A stretch of DNA of 64,000 nucleotides from Escherichia coli (GTDB lineage: Bacteria > Pseudomonadota > Gammaproteobacteria > Enterobacterales > Enterobacteriaceae). The notes below the pieces were generated by a model that saw only the letters and a program-made list of their open reading frames with translations, was not told the DNA's origin and made no database searches. Below, one piece after another: positions 1-10,531 of the stretch (its first letter is position 1; each line of letters begins with the position of its first letter). The translations under genes and the position numbers were made by a program. The stretch lies in NCBI RefSeq assembly GCF_044647545.1, contig NZ_CP172818.1, one strand, 5' to 3'.

Positions 1-311
1 CGGACAAAATTTGCGGCATCCTGATGAAAAATATCGCCCGAGTTGAGAAACAACGCGAACTTGCCTTGTGCCATCGCAATGCCCTTGTTCATGGCGTCGT
101 AGATACCGTTATCTGGCTCGCTGACAAAGCGTAGGTTATAGATACCCTTGAGATTTTCCAGATACTCACGGGTACCGTCGTTGGAACCGCCATCGACAAC
201 AATCCATTCGAAGCTGATATCGTCCACCTGCGCTAGATGCGCCAGCGAGGCATGTGTTTTGACTATCCCTTCGAGGTTACGAAACGCGACAGTGATTATG
301 CTAAGCAACAT
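1..311 (-). CDS. wcaE: Colanic acid biosynthesis glycosyltransferase WcaE, 5' portion only (gene runs off the window start)
   Basis: Reverse-complement translation from 311 begins MLLSIIT...; ATG confirmed at 309-311 (cat on + strand); position directly downstream of wcaD in the colanic acid operon. Confidence 0.8.
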   Translation of the reverse strand, partial: MLLSIITVAFRNLEGIVKTHASLAHLAQVDDISFEWIVVDGGSNDGTREYLENLKGIYNLRFVSEPDNGIYDAMNKGIAMAQGKFALFLNSGDIFHQDAANFV

Positions 312-321
312 GTTCTTATTC

Positions 322-1539
322 TTACCTCGTAATATTTAACGCTTTTCGCAAAATAAACGGACAGACGATTAAAAATGCATATTCCGGGCTAAATATCGAA
401 CCGGTAAAAAACAGCGATACCGGAGTAAAAAGATATAATTGCACGCGAAAATTGCGGTTATCACCAAAAGCGTTGATCATCATTTTTATCACTTTCCCCA
501 TGTACCACAGTGATAAAAACACTGCGAACCAGGAAAAATAAATAATCAGCAGATACAAACCATTGTCTATGGTTTTTCCGATATCCGCACCGTTAAATAT
601 TCCGAATGATGCGACATATTCATAAAGTGAGCCAAATCTGACTACACCGTCAATATGGGTCAAAGAATAACCGACCATCACCAGCGGACCGACAATACGA
701 TAATACGATGACGATCCTTCCGTGCCTAAATCCCCCAGACGGGTGGAAATATAAGGAAACGCGATTACCACACCAACCAGGAATACAGCCAGAGAAATCA
801 ATGCTAACGGTAACTTTTTCTTAATCGCCTCTTTATTCAGATATTGAAATGCCCACTCCAGCAAATAAAAAAGGATAAAGGTCATAACCCCTGAAAACGA
901 TCCGGATAATATTATCCCTGCGAGAATCATAGCATCGGTTTTAGGCGTTTTGATACCAAACTGTTTGATGCTGAGCCAAATTGAGATTAATGCCAGAGCG
1001 AAAAATGCCGGTTCGAAATAAAGTGCTGTCGTGCGCTTGCCGCCGAATTTGATGAAATTCAGCACATAGCTGTTGCTGTAAATCAGATATTTCGAAATCG
1101 ACTCCATAATACTGCTGCCACCGGTGAGGATAATTTGCGCCATCTCCACTGCCGCCAGCGCCACCACCAGCCCGACCACCAGATAAAAGAAACGTAATAT
1201 CTTGCGATGGTTGTGTGGCGAAATCGTTTTAAAGCGAATACTCCACACCATGCCAATAATGATCACAATATAGACAAACAGCATGGTTGAAGTGACGTAT
1301 TTACTGGCATCCAACGACTGACCAAACAGGTAGTTAAACGCCGTGAGTCCCGCGCCAATCCCTAAGGCAATCATCAATTTTTTAACGCTGATGCGTTCTA
1401 AAAACAGCAGTAACAAGACAGGTAAAAAAGTGACGATGGTGATGGGGAAACTTTCGCCAAGCTGGGCGATTTTGACGTTAACCAACAGGTAAATCAGCGG
1501 CAGCAGCAGGTAGCTACAGATTCTGATAGAAGTTGACAT
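322..1539 (-). CDS. wcaD: Colanic acid polymerase WcaD (polytopic membrane protein)
   Basis: ORF 322..1611; internal Met ([19 protein letters not shown]...) gives the 405-aa product expected for WcaD; ATG confirmed at 1537-1539; highly hydrophobic. Confidence 0.85.
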   Translation of the reverse strand: MSTSIRICSYLLLPLIYLLVNVKIAQLGESFPITIVTFLPVLLLLFLERISVKKLMIALGIGAGLTAFNYLFGQSLDASKYVTSTMLFVYIVIIIGMVWSIRFKTISPHNHRKILRFFYLVVGLVVALAAVEMAQIILTGGSSIMESISKYLIYSNSYVLNFIKFGGKRTTALYFEPAFFALALISIWLSIKQFGIKTPKTDAMILAGIILSGSFSGVMTFILFYLLEWAFQYLNKEAIKKKLPLALISLAVFLVGVVIAFPYISTRLGDLGTEGSSSYYRIVGPLVMVGYSLTHIDGVVRFGSLYEYVASFGIFNGADIGKTIDNGLYLLIIYFSWFAVFLSLWYMGKVIKMMINAFGDNRNFRVQLYLFTPVSLFFTGSIFSPEYAFLIVCPFILRKALNITR

Positions 1540-2731
1540 ACTCCTCCAGCATCTGTTGTCCACTGTAGGCGGCGCGGCTGCGCTGGCTGAACTCAGCCAG
1601 CGTGGTACCAAATATCGCCTGCGCGATTTCCGGTTTGCTTAACTGCACCAGTTGCAGCACGTCTTCTTCGCTGACGGTTTTACCACCGGATTTTTGCAAC
1701 ACTTCCCGCGCCGCGTCGCTATGGGTGGCAATCACCGGCACACCAATCGATAGCGCCTCACACAAAATCAGTGGGTAGTTATCGACGCGAGAACTAAATA
1801 CCAGCGCATCCATCTGATTGAGCGCGCTCATCAACTTGCGCTTGTCAGTTTCAAAGCCGTGATTAACCACGTTGCCAGCGGTGAACGGCGAGAACTTACC
1901 AAAGGTATGCAGTTCAATTTTGTCGCCCAGCGCCATCATCTCACGCACCAGTTGCTGGTTAGTCTTGCCGTCGTAACGCAGGTCATGCGCTACCACCGCG
2001 ATTTTCGGCTTGCCCTGAGTTTCGCGCACCGGAGGCAAGTCCACCAGAATCGCTTCGGTTGCCATATCAATGCCATTATTGATAATCCGGCAACGCCCTG
2101 GCCCGTACAGACTATTGAAAGCATCAGCCACATGCTGGCTGGGGGAAATAAACTGACAGCCCAGTGCCAGCATCTCACGGAATAACTGGCGTTTGCCCGC
2201 TACCAGCTGGTGTGCGCGATCAATCTTCACCGGCGGATAGTTATTTAAGGTCGGGCATTTCTGGCAGCCCGTTTTCCAGCCTTCGCAACCGTCGGTAAAA
2301 GCGCAGCGTCCGGTAACGCTCCAGTGGTCGTGCAGCGTCCAGACCAGAGTGACATCCGATTTGTGGTTTTTCACTTTTTCGCAAAAGCGCACCACGCTCT
2401 TAAGATTCAACCAGTAGCTGTGCAGCACATGAAAATGCAGGACCACCGGTCCCGGTGTGCGAGTAATGGTGCGATATAACTCATTGAAATTGCCGAACAG
2501 ATCGCGATTAAACAGACGAAACAGGGCAATGTTCGCCATCGCGGTCATCCGCGGCGTATGTTTGATGACCTGCGGATAGTTCTGATGGCTGACGCTCTCT
2601 TTGCCGCCTTTGCCGTAGCCGTAGACAAAATGTGACGCCAGCCCCTGTTGCAGCGCGCGCTGGTGGAGATCTAACGCCACACCTGCTGCCCCGCCTTCCG
2701 CCAGTCGCACATTGAATTGCAGAATATTCAT
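1514..2731 (-). CDS. wcaC: Colanic acid biosynthesis glycosyltransferase WcaC (GT4-like)
   Basis: 405-aa ORF (MNILQFNVRLAEGGAAGVALDLHQRALQQG...); overlaps wcaD start by 26 bp as in an operon. Confidence 0.9.
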   Translation of the reverse strand: MNILQFNVRLAEGGAAGVALDLHQRALQQGLASHFVYGYGKGGKESVSHQNYPQVIKHTPRMTAMANIALFRLFNRDLFGNFNELYRTITRTPGPVVLHFHVLHSYWLNLKSVVRFCEKVKNHKSDVTLVWTLHDHWSVTGRCAFTDGCEGWKTGCQKCPTLNNYPPVKIDRAHQLVAGKRQLFREMLALGCQFISPSQHVADAFNSLYGPGRCRIINNGIDMATEAILVDLPPVRETQGKPKIAVVAHDLRYDGKTNQQLVREMMALGDKIELHTFGKFSPFTAGNVVNHGFETDKRKLMSALNQMDALVFSSRVDNYPLILCEALSIGVPVIATHSDAAREVLQKSGGKTVSEEDVLQLVQLSKPEIAQAIFGTTLAEFSQRSRAAYSGQQMLEEYVNFYQNL

Positions 2732-3216
2732 TTAATTACCTTCACTCGCGCTTTTTCTCCCACCACCAGCGCGTTGTCCGGGACAGAGTCGAGCACCACG
2801 CTGCCCGCGCCCACGGTGACGTTGTTACCAAGCGTGATATCACCAAGAATAATGACGTTGGCACCGAGTTCGACGCCGTTGCCAATGTGTGGACATGCCA
2901 TGTTATCGGCACCACGATTGCCGATAGTGACGCCGTGGCGAATGGTGAAATCATCCCCCGCGACCACGTTTTTATTGATTACTACGGCGTAACCGTGATG
3001 GATAGTAAAGCGGCGGCCAATGGTCGCGGCAGCCTGGATTTCATAACCGAAAAAGCATTCGGTGATAATGCGATACAGCACCAGCAGCGGGGCCGCCCAC
3101 AGATTGTTGAGGACGTTCTTTTTGCGCCACACCGAACAAAAATGAGCGGCGCGATAGGCAAGAACCATGCAGCACGGGCGTAAACTCCAGCTGTTGGCGC
3201 GCAGATCTTCCAGCAT
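2728..3216 (-). CDS. wcaB: Colanic acid biosynthesis acetyltransferase WcaB (hexapeptide-repeat family)
   Basis: 162-aa ORF with left-handed beta-helix hexapeptide repeats (IGxxVxIxHGVTIGN...); 4-bp overlap with wcaC. Confidence 0.9.
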   Translation of the reverse strand: MLEDLRANSWSLRPCCMVLAYRAAHFCSVWRKKNVLNNLWAAPLLVLYRIITECFFGYEIQAAATIGRRFTIHHGYAVVINKNVVAGDDFTIRHGVTIGNRGADNMACPHIGNGVELGANVIILGDITLGNNVTVGAGSVVLDSVPDNALVVGEKARVKVIK

Positions 3217-3218
3217 CT

Positions 3219-4058
3219 TTAGCGCCCCCGAATACCATCAGCCAGACGTTTGCCGTTACGCACCGACAGCAGCGTCAGCAAAGTGCGCCAGGTCATGCGT
3301 TTATTGCGGATCTGGTAGAGGGTAAACAGCTGATATTTTTTGCTGGCGCGGTCGAATTTGTCTTTGTGCTTACGGTAAAAGTGGAAGTATCCGGAGAATT
3401 TTTTCGGTGACGAGGTGATCTGCATTTCGCCGTGATTGATATGCAGGATCTGCGTCGCCTCTTCCACTTTCCACGGTTCGCCATACTCCACCACCATCCG
3501 CAGGAAGATGTCGTAATCCTGTGCCGCTTTCAGTTCGGTATCAAACAAACACTCTTTGAAACGCCACGCCCAGGTAAAGACCTGATTGCCAATGATATTG
3601 CGTTTGTAGAACAGGCGGCGTGAATACGGCGATTTGGGATACAGCGGTAGGCTTGCCGGTTGGGAATAGACTTCGCCCTGGCAAACGTAGTCGTTAGCGT
3701 ACAAAAAGGCGTGAGTGACCAGTTGCTGTTTATGGGCGAGGAAGACGCTCAGGCGGTTGGGTGTCCATTCATCATCATCATCGATCCCGGTGATGTATTC
3801 CCCTTGCGCCAGCATAATCGCCTGGTTACGTACCGCGCACGCCCCGCTGTTAATGTCGTTGTGAATGTAAGTGATACGCGGATCGTTGAGGGCGGTGACG
3901 TACTGTTGTAGTTGTTCCCAGGAGGTGGAGCAATCATCCACGATGATCATCTCCCAGTTACTGTAGTCCTGGCGCAGGACCGATTTTATCGCCCGAATAG
4001 CCAGTTGTTGGCGGTTCCAGGTCGGCATATAGATTGAAATCAGCGGATTGTCTTTCAT
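3219..4058 (-). CDS. wcaA: Colanic acid biosynthesis glycosyltransferase WcaA (GT2)
   Basis: 279-aa ORF, N-terminal GT2 signature (ISIYMPTWNRQQLAIRAIKSVLRQDYSNWEMIIVDDCS). Confidence 0.9.
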   Translation of the reverse strand: MKDNPLISIYMPTWNRQQLAIRAIKSVLRQDYSNWEMIIVDDCSTSWEQLQQYVTALNDPRITYIHNDINSGACAVRNQAIMLAQGEYITGIDDDDEWTPNRLSVFLAHKQQLVTHAFLYANDYVCQGEVYSQPASLPLYPKSPYSRRLFYKRNIIGNQVFTWAWRFKECLFDTELKAAQDYDIFLRMVVEYGEPWKVEEATQILHINHGEMQITSSPKKFSGYFHFYRKHKDKFDRASKKYQLFTLYQIRNKRMTWRTLLTLLSVRNGKRLADGIRGR

Positions 4059-4092
4059 AGGTTGTTCTCCCGGCTTATGAGCTGGTTTGCTT

Positions 4093-4129
4093 GCCGGATG
4101 CGGCGTGAACGCCTTATTATCCGGCCTAC
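4093..4129. repeat. REP (repetitive extragenic palindrome) element between wcaA and wzc
   Basis: gccggatgcggcgtgaacgccttattatccggcctac matches the canonical E. coli REP consensus. Confidence 0.65.
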
Positions 4130-4153
4130 GGGGCGGTGCGAATGCAGGCGTCG

Positions 4154-6316
4154 TTATTTCGCATCCGACTTATATTCGTATTCGTAATAGCCATAATCCT
4201 GATACGCGCTGGCGCGGCGGAAGATGGAGTTCAGAATCACCCCTTTCACCGGAATACCGTTTTGCTCAAAGCGGCTCAGACTGGTTTCCACTTCTTTCAA
4301 TGTGTTGACCGCATAACGCGCCACCATTAATGTGGTTCCGACATGACGACCAACAATTGCCGCATCGGTCACTGCCAGAATCGGCGGCGTATCAATCAAC
4401 ACCAGGTCGTAGTTTTTACTCGCCCACTTCACCAGTTCGGCAAAGCGTTCGCTCATTAACAGTTCAGAAGGATTTGGCGGCACCTGACCGCGCGGGATCA
4501 GGTCAAATTTGGCAATAGAGGTCGGTTTAGCAGCGGTAGTAATATCGCCCTGTCCAATCAGAATTTCCGACAGGCCATTAACGTTATTAGTGCCCAACAG
4601 CTCGTGGGTGTAGCCTTTGCGCATATCGCAGTCGATCAACAACACCCGTTTATTGGTCTGGCTAATCACCGCCGCCAGGTTGGCGCAGACAAAGGTTTTA
4701 CCGATTGACGGGCTAACCCCGGTCATCATCAACACATTCTTCTGCGCCTGCATCATCGCGAAGTGCAGACTGGTACGCAGACTGCGGATGGCTTCAATCG
4801 CCAGATCGGTTGGATTCCCCACCGCCAGTAGCTGGCTCTGTTTATAGCGTTTAATCCCTTTGATGGTTTTGACGCTATCGCGCGCTTTCTGCCATTCCGA
4901 CAACGGGATGCTGGCATAGACACTGATACCGTGTTCTTCCAGCACCTGCGGGCTTTCGATGCCGCGATTAAACAACGAGCGCAGCAGCACACCCACGATA
5001 GAGAGCATCAGGCCAAGGATAATCGCGCCGAGGATAATCAGCCCTTTCTTCGGTTTTAGCACGCCAGGCTGGGTGATTGCCGGGTCAACAATGCGCACAT
5101 CGCCGACGGTGCTGGCTTCGGTGATTTTCAGCTCCTGCTCTTTATTCAGCAGTTGCATATAGACCTGTTGACCAGACTCGACATCGCGGGTCAGACGGAC
5201 AATTTCCTGCTGGGTTTTCGGCATCGCCGTTACGCGACCGTTAAGTTTGGCTTTTTCGTCTTCCAGCGCCTGCCGTTTCTCCAGCAGCGTGCGATACGCC
5301 GGGTGAACTTTGGTGTACAGCTTGGAGATTTCCGCTTCTTTAAAGGTCAGTTCGTTCAACTGCGCGTCGATGTTCACCATCGAATCGAGCACCGCTTTCG
5401 CTTCCAGCGGCAGATCAACTGAATCTTTATCCTGACGGAAGGTATTCAGTTTGTTTTCGGCAACATCAAGGCGGTTACGTACTTCCGGTAACTGTTGCGC
5501 GAGGAAAGCGAGGCTTTTCGACGCTTCCGCCGATTTGCGCTCAATATTTTGTTCCTGATAGTTACGAGCGATGCTGTTAAGAATGTCGCGGATCTGTTCG
5601 CGATCTTCACCGGTATAAGTCAGGCTCAGTACACCTGCGTCTTTGCCGTTCTCCGTTACCGTCAGGCTGTTTTGCAGTTGATTGATCATCCCCAGCGTGG
5701 AGTATTTGGTGACGGTAAACTCACTGCCCGGGCTGGCGTGAATGGCTTCAACCATCAGCGTGACGCCTTCTTTTTTCAGCATCTGGCCCGCTTGCCCACG
5801 GGCGCTAAAGCCGCCATCGCTGATCAGGGTGTAGTTTTTGTTGTCCAGCACATTAAGCGTAAACACCTGATCCGCCATCTCTTTCGGGCGGTTAAAGGTG
5901 GTCACTTTTACCGTCTCGTTCTGGCGTCCCATCAGGCGATCCCAGCCCGCACCGAAAATCGGGAACGTGTTTTTGCTCACTGCAATATCGAGGTCGAGAT
6001 CGTCCACCGTTTTACCAAGCACCAGACGCGAACGAATCAACTGGATCTCGGCGTCCGATGCAGGCGGTTTGTTGGCTAATGCCGATCCGATATCCTGCAC
6101 TAACGAATTGCCGCTGCTTTGCTCGATTTGTACCAGTGCGTCGGCGCTATAAATCGGCGTGGCAAAGAAGGTGTAAACCACGGCACAGAGGGCGAATACG
6201 GCGGTGATGCCAATCACCCACCAGCGCGCTTCAATGACGGTGCCGACCAGGCGACCAATATCGATTTCATCACTGCCCGTTACCGGAGCGGCATGTTGTT
6301 TTACTTTTTCTGTCAT
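4154..6316 (-). CDS. wzc: Tyrosine autokinase Wzc (polysaccharide co-polymerase)
   Basis: ORF 4154..6352; internal Met (MTEKVKQHAAPVTGSDEIDIG...) gives 720 aa; Walker A (GVSPSIGKT), C-terminal Tyr-rich tail (YQDYGYYEYEYKSDAK); ATG confirmed at 6314-6316. Confidence 0.9.
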   Translation of the reverse strand: MTEKVKQHAAPVTGSDEIDIGRLVGTVIEARWWVIGITAVFALCAVVYTFFATPIYSADALVQIEQSSGNSLVQDIGSALANKPPASDAEIQLIRSRLVLGKTVDDLDLDIAVSKNTFPIFGAGWDRLMGRQNETVKVTTFNRPKEMADQVFTLNVLDNKNYTLISDGGFSARGQAGQMLKKEGVTLMVEAIHASPGSEFTVTKYSTLGMINQLQNSLTVTENGKDAGVLSLTYTGEDREQIRDILNSIARNYQEQNIERKSAEASKSLAFLAQQLPEVRNRLDVAENKLNTFRQDKDSVDLPLEAKAVLDSMVNIDAQLNELTFKEAEISKLYTKVHPAYRTLLEKRQALEDEKAKLNGRVTAMPKTQQEIVRLTRDVESGQQVYMQLLNKEQELKITEASTVGDVRIVDPAITQPGVLKPKKGLIILGAIILGLMLSIVGVLLRSLFNRGIESPQVLEEHGISVYASIPLSEWQKARDSVKTIKGIKRYKQSQLLAVGNPTDLAIEAIRSLRTSLHFAMMQAQKNVLMMTGVSPSIGKTFVCANLAAVISQTNKRVLLIDCDMRKGYTHELLGTNNVNGLSEILIGQGDITTAAKPTSIAKFDLIPRGQVPPNPSELLMSERFAELVKWASKNYDLVLIDTPPILAVTDAAIVGRHVGTTLMVARYAVNTLKEVETSLSRFEQNGIPVKGVILNSIFRRASAYQDYGYYEYEYKSDAK

Positions 6317-6318
6317 TC

Positions 6319-6762
6319 TTATACCTGCTCTGCGTTCAATGCCTGCGCCCACTGGCGGGCAGACCGTTCAAGTAATGTGTACACCGCTGCAAACGTTTCC
6401 CGGCTTTTGCGATACGGATCGGGGATTTCACATTCGTTATCCCAGTGACCAAACAGCATCACTTTGCCGCGCATCTCAGGTGCCATCTCGCATAAGCGTT
6501 CGATATGGCGCTTTTCCATGGTCAAAATCAGGTCGTAGTTGCGACACAGGCGACGGCTGATTTGACGGGCACAGTGACCTTCCAGAGACAGTTGATGTTC
6601 TGCGGCGACGCTGATAGCAGTAGGGTCAGCGCCCTTACCGACCAGCGCGCCGAGTCCAGCGGACTCCACTTTCAGCTCCGGGTGATAACGTTGCAGTAAG
6701 CGTTCCGCCGTCGGGGAGCGGCAAATATTGCCGACACAGACAACTAAGATGTTGTTAAACAT
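6319..6762 (-). CDS. wzb: Low-molecular-weight phosphotyrosine phosphatase Wzb
   Basis: 147-aa ORF with CxGNxCRS P-loop (VCVGNICRSP). Confidence 0.9.
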   Translation of the reverse strand: MFNNILVVCVGNICRSPTAERLLQRYHPELKVESAGLGALVGKGADPTAISVAAEHQLSLEGHCARQISRRLCRNYDLILTMEKRHIERLCEMAPEMRGKVMLFGHWDNECEIPDPYRKSRETFAAVYTLLERSARQWAQALNAEQV

Positions 6763-6767
6763 GACAA

Positions 6768-7907
6768 TTACCAGTTATGAATGTCGCTGGCTGTATCCGT
6801 CATGTAACGGACACCGCTAATAGTTGGCAGCAACTGATTGATCAGACGGTTCCAGCGGGAAACCGGGGCGGTGGTGACATACACCACGTCATAAGGTTGC
6901 AGGCGGAATTCTGTCGCCATCACCAGCGACGTGGCATCGGACATATCCAGCTGGTAGATATTGGCAATCTTGCCGTTACGCCCGCCCTCGCCTTTCAGCG
7001 GACGAATGACAAAGATGCCGCTGGCGTTGGAGGTGGTCATGTCGATGCCTTCAGCATTGCCCAGGGCTTCAGTCAGGGTCATGCCGCTAAAGTCCATTTT
7101 CAGGGTGCTCTGTTTCTTCACTTCACCCATCACAAACACTTTCAGATCATCATTACGTGGCACGTAAAGAATATCGCCGGGGTAAAGCAGTCGGTTCTGA
7201 TTGAGGTCGCCGTTTTGCATCAGCGCCTGCAAAGAAATGCGTTCTTCACGACCATTGTGTGTTAGCACTACGTTGCGCCAGTCAGCGGTGTCGGTCAGGC
7301 CACCTGCGGCGTTGATGGCGTCGAGAATGGTCAGTGGCACGTTGGTAATCGCCTGTTGACCGGATTTATTCACCTGACCGGAGATATAGGCTTTTTGCGA
7401 GCGGAAGGCGGCGATATTAACGTCCACCTGCGGGTCAGCGATGTACGTCGCTAAGCGCCCGGTAATATCACTGCGGATTTCAGCGAGCGTTTTCCCCACG
7501 ACGTGAACCTTGCCGATATACGGGTAGAACATGGTGCCGTCAGGCTGTACCCAGTTGCCGGTGTCGCTGGAGCTGCGGTACTGACCGGCTGGCGTGGTGA
7601 GTTCCGGGTGATCCCAGACGGTGACATTAAGAACGTCTCCCGGCCCGACGCGATACTGATAATTCGCGATCTCACTTTCCAGCGTCATATTGGGGCGCGC
7701 TACATTCGGGCGTGGGCGTAATTGATCAATCAGGCGCGGGGTCAACGGATAAACATTCACCATTTTGTCGAGATCGAAATCAGCGTCCTGCTGTTTGATG
7801 ACGTCTTTCCCCATCGTCGACATATTGCTGCCCGGAAGTACTGTGCAACCGCTTATCAAGGTTACTGACACCAATAATGGCATCAATTTCATTTTGGATT
7901 TCATCAT
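6768..7907 (-). CDS. wza: Outer-membrane polysaccharide export lipoprotein Wza
   Basis: 379-aa ORF, lipoprotein signal with lipobox (LISGC), Wza/OPX family sequence. Confidence 0.9.
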   Translation of the reverse strand: MMKSKMKLMPLLVSVTLISGCTVLPGSNMSTMGKDVIKQQDADFDLDKMVNVYPLTPRLIDQLRPRPNVARPNMTLESEIANYQYRVGPGDVLNVTVWDHPELTTPAGQYRSSSDTGNWVQPDGTMFYPYIGKVHVVGKTLAEIRSDITGRLATYIADPQVDVNIAAFRSQKAYISGQVNKSGQQAITNVPLTILDAINAAGGLTDTADWRNVVLTHNGREERISLQALMQNGDLNQNRLLYPGDILYVPRNDDLKVFVMGEVKKQSTLKMDFSGMTLTEALGNAEGIDMTTSNASGIFVIRPLKGEGGRNGKIANIYQLDMSDATSLVMATEFRLQPYDVVYVTTAPVSRWNRLINQLLPTISGVRYMTDTASDIHNW

Positions 7908-8085
7908 TGTTTATTTATCACTTTGGCAGAGTAATTATCCTGTGCACTATTAATAGCAATGTCGCCATGCACATTTACCTTGCAGTTAATTGAATAAAAA
8001 TTTAACTGGCATCAGTCCTAAAAAAATTGATTTCATCCGCAGGCTATTGACAGAATAATTCAGACTGGTCTTTCAGGCATCCAGA

Positions 8086-8097
8086 CACGCTACCGCC
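8086..8097 (-). promoter_or_regulatory. ops element (RfaH recruitment site) within the JUMPstart sequence of the wza leader
   Basis: + strand cacgctaccgcc is the reverse complement of ops GGCGGTAGCGTG; lies about 180 nt upstream of the wza start codon on the transcribed strand. Confidence 0.75.
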
Positions 8098-8345
8098 CCT
8101 GGCTTTTTAGCTACCAATACACTGATTTAGCTTAATTTTTAAAACCCTCTCAACATACAGTCGTTGATGAGAAAGGGTTATTGCGGAAATTAACTTCCGA
8201 ATATAAGGTGACATTATGGTAATTGAATATTGGCTCTCCAATAATGCAGGAGGAAGTGTTACAGCTAACGGAATAGCAGGCAAGGTAACAATTCGGCAAT
8301 TGGCTATTTTTAAGAATTATATTAAGTGTCATTCAATATGGTTTT

Positions 8346-8359
8346 TAGGAGTTTCTTTA
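8346..8359 (-). promoter_or_regulatory. Candidate RcsAB box of the cps (wza) promoter (weak match)
   Basis: taggagtttcttta partly resembles the reverse complement of the RcsAB box consensus TaAGaatatTCctA; position is plausible but the match is poor. Confidence 0.25.
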
Positions 8360-8565
8360 GGTTGACAATATTTAATATAGTGTCTCCATATGAGATATTT
8401 CTTAAATAACGCTTTATTATTACCGCTTATAATTCGGGGATAATGTGAGGTTATAAACCTCAAATAATATGAGATAAATAGTGCTGCAACATTGCATTTT
8501 TGCCCCGATTTATCCATGATCGAATTGTGACATTTGTCATACAACGAATAGGTTTTGTACTTACT

Positions 8566-10149
8566 ATGGAATGGATTGCCGATCCGTCTATCTGGGCTGG
8601 ATTAATCACGCTGATTGTGATCGAACTGGTCCTCGGCATTGATAACCTGGTCTTTATTGCCATCCTCGCCGAAAAACTACCGCCGAAGCAGCGCGACCGC
8701 GCACGGGTTACCGGGCTGCTGCTGGCGATGTTAATGCGCCTGTTACTGCTGGCGTCAATCTCCTGGCTGGTCACCCTGACTCAACCGCTGTTCAGCTTCC
8801 GCTCGTTTACCTTTAGCGCCCGCGACTTAATCATGCTGTTTGGTGGTTTCTTCCTGCTGTTCAAAGCCACGATGGAGCTGAACGAACGGCTGGAAGGGAA
8901 AGACAGCAATAACCCCACGCAACGCAAAGGTGCGAAGTTCTGGGGGGTGGTGACACAAATTGTGGTACTGGACGCCATCTTCTCACTCGACTCGGTGATT
9001 ACCGCCGTCGGGATGGTCGACCATTTACTGGTCATGATGGCCGCCGTCGTTATCGCTATCAGCCTGATGTTGATGGCCAGCAAGCCGTTAACGCAATTTG
9101 TTAACAGTCACCCGACGATCGTTATTCTCTGCTTAAGCTTCCTGTTGATGATTGGCTTTAGCCTGGTGGCAGAAGGTTTCGGCTTCGTCATTCCGAAAGG
9201 CTACCTGTACGCTGCTATTGGTTTCTCGGTGATGATCGAGGCGCTCAATCAGTTGGCTATCTTTAACCGGCGACGTTTTCTTTCCGCTAACCAGACGCTG
9301 CGCCAGCGAACTACCGAAGCGGTAATGCGCCTGTTAAGCGGGCAAAAAGAAGATGCGGAACTGGATGCCGAAACCGCGTCTATGCTGGTGGATCATGATA
9401 ATCAGCAAATCTTTAATCCGCAGGAACGGCGGATGATTGAGCGGGTACTTAATCTTAACCAGCGTACCGTCAGCAGCATTATGACGTCGCGCCACGATAT
9501 TGAGCATATCGATCTCAACGCACCGGAAGAAGAAATCCGCCAGTTGCTGGAGCGAAATCAGCACACGCGACTGGTGGTTACTGATGGCGATGACGCGGAA
9601 GATTTGCTCGGTGTTGTTCACGTTATCGACCTGTTACAACAGTCACTGCGCGGCGAACCGCTCAACCTGCGGGTGTTGATTCGCCAGCCGCTGGTGTTCC
9701 CGGAAACCTTGCCGTTGTTACCTGCCCTGGAGCAGTTCCGTAATGCCCGCACACACTTTGCTTTTGTAGTGGATGAGTTTGGCTCGGTGGAAGGGATTGT
9801 GACATTAAGTGACGTCACAGAAACCATTGCCGGTAACTTACCGAATGAAGTGGAAGAGATCGACGCCCGCCATGATATTCAGAAGAATGCCGACGGTTCC
9901 TGGACGGCGAATGGTCATATGCCGCTGGAAGATCTGGTGCAATATGTGCCGCTGCCGCTGGATGAAAAACGTGAATATCACACCATTGCCGGGCTATTGA
10001 TGGAATATTTGCAGCGTATTCCAAAACCTGGCGAAGAAGTTCAGGTGGGGGATTATTTGCTTAAAACGTTGCAGGTGGAAAGCCATCGCGTGCAGAAGGT
10101 GCAAATTATTCCGCTACGTAAGGATGGCGAGATGGAGTACGAGGTGTGA
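8566..10149 (+). CDS. yegH: Inner membrane protein YegH (TerC-like membrane domain with CBS and CorC/HlyC domains)
   Basis: ORF 8500..10149; start taken at [16 protein letters not shown] (ATG 8566), 527 aa; N-terminal transmembrane segments, C-terminal CBS pair. Confidence 0.85.
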   Translation: MEWIADPSIWAGLITLIVIELVLGIDNLVFIAILAEKLPPKQRDRARVTGLLLAMLMRLLLLASISWLVTLTQPLFSFRSFTFSARDLIMLFGGFFLLFKATMELNERLEGKDSNNPTQRKGAKFWGVVTQIVVLDAIFSLDSVITAVGMVDHLLVMMAAVVIAISLMLMASKPLTQFVNSHPTIVILCLSFLLMIGFSLVAEGFGFVIPKGYLYAAIGFSVMIEALNQLAIFNRRRFLSANQTLRQRTTEAVMRLLSGQKEDAELDAETASMLVDHDNQQIFNPQERRMIERVLNLNQRTVSSIMTSRHDIEHIDLNAPEEEIRQLLERNQHTRLVVTDGDDAEDLLGVVHVIDLLQQSLRGEPLNLRVLIRQPLVFPETLPLLPALEQFRNARTHFAFVVDEFGSVEGIVTLSDVTETIAGNLPNEVEEIDARHDIQKNADGSWTANGHMPLEDLVQYVPLPLDEKREYHTIAGLLMEYLQRIPKPGEEVQVGDYLLKTLQVESHRVQKVQIIPLRKDGEMEYEV

Positions 10150-10348
10150 TGGTATCAGTCATTTTACCCGATAGCCGAAAGGAATAAGATGAGGGAACCG
10201 CGCCAGCGGCGATTTACCGCCGGGAACCCGGGTTGCCAGGGTGGTGGCGATTGAGCCACCCTGGCACGTTCACCGGCTTAAGCGTTCCATAGTAGCGAGG
10301 AACATCAAGTGAACGGAACAGCCTTCGATCTTACATATTCAGAATATA

Positions 10349-10531
10349 ATGGTGCCGCCCGCTCGCGATGCTGATGGGATCTATCACGTCATGTATGTCG
10401 CAAAATTTGAAGAAGCGGTTTACGTATTGCATTGTTTTCAAAAAAAAACACAAACTACCAGTCAATCGGAAATTGATTTAGCCAAACGACGCTATAAAAA
10501 ACTTGTTCAGGAGGGGAAAAATAAAAATTAA
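10349..10531 (+). pseudogene. C-terminal remnant of a RelE/ParE-superfamily (HigB/Gp49-like) toxin
   Basis: 60-aa ORF ...GIYHVMYVAKFEEAVYVLHCFQKKTQTTSQSEIDLAKRRYKKLVQE carries the YVLHxFQKK motif of this toxin family; a stop lies immediately upstream in frame and no intact N-terminus or antitoxin is present. Confidence 0.45.

Noticed and set aside
5495-6079. 194-aa + strand ORF inside wzc, and similar internal/antisense ORFs (e.g. 1859..2185, 6204..6560, 6777..7265, 14908..15354, 16601..17023, 24697..25175, 26028..26510, 29429..29917, 31307..31918, 33511..33939)
   Set aside because: All lie within or antisense to confidently identified genes with strong family signatures; none has an independent protein-like sequence.
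8150-8774. Short ORFs (60-104 aa) in the wza upstream region and overlapping the yegH 5' end
   Set aside because: AT-rich promoter/leader DNA; ORFs are short, overlapping and low-complexity; region is better explained as cps regulatory sequence.
10150-10348. Attempt to find the N-terminal half of the RelE/ParE-like toxin in alternative frames
   Set aside because: Translations in all three forward frames are interrupted by stops and show no recognisable toxin N-terminal motifs; a simple single frameshift cannot be demonstrated by eye.
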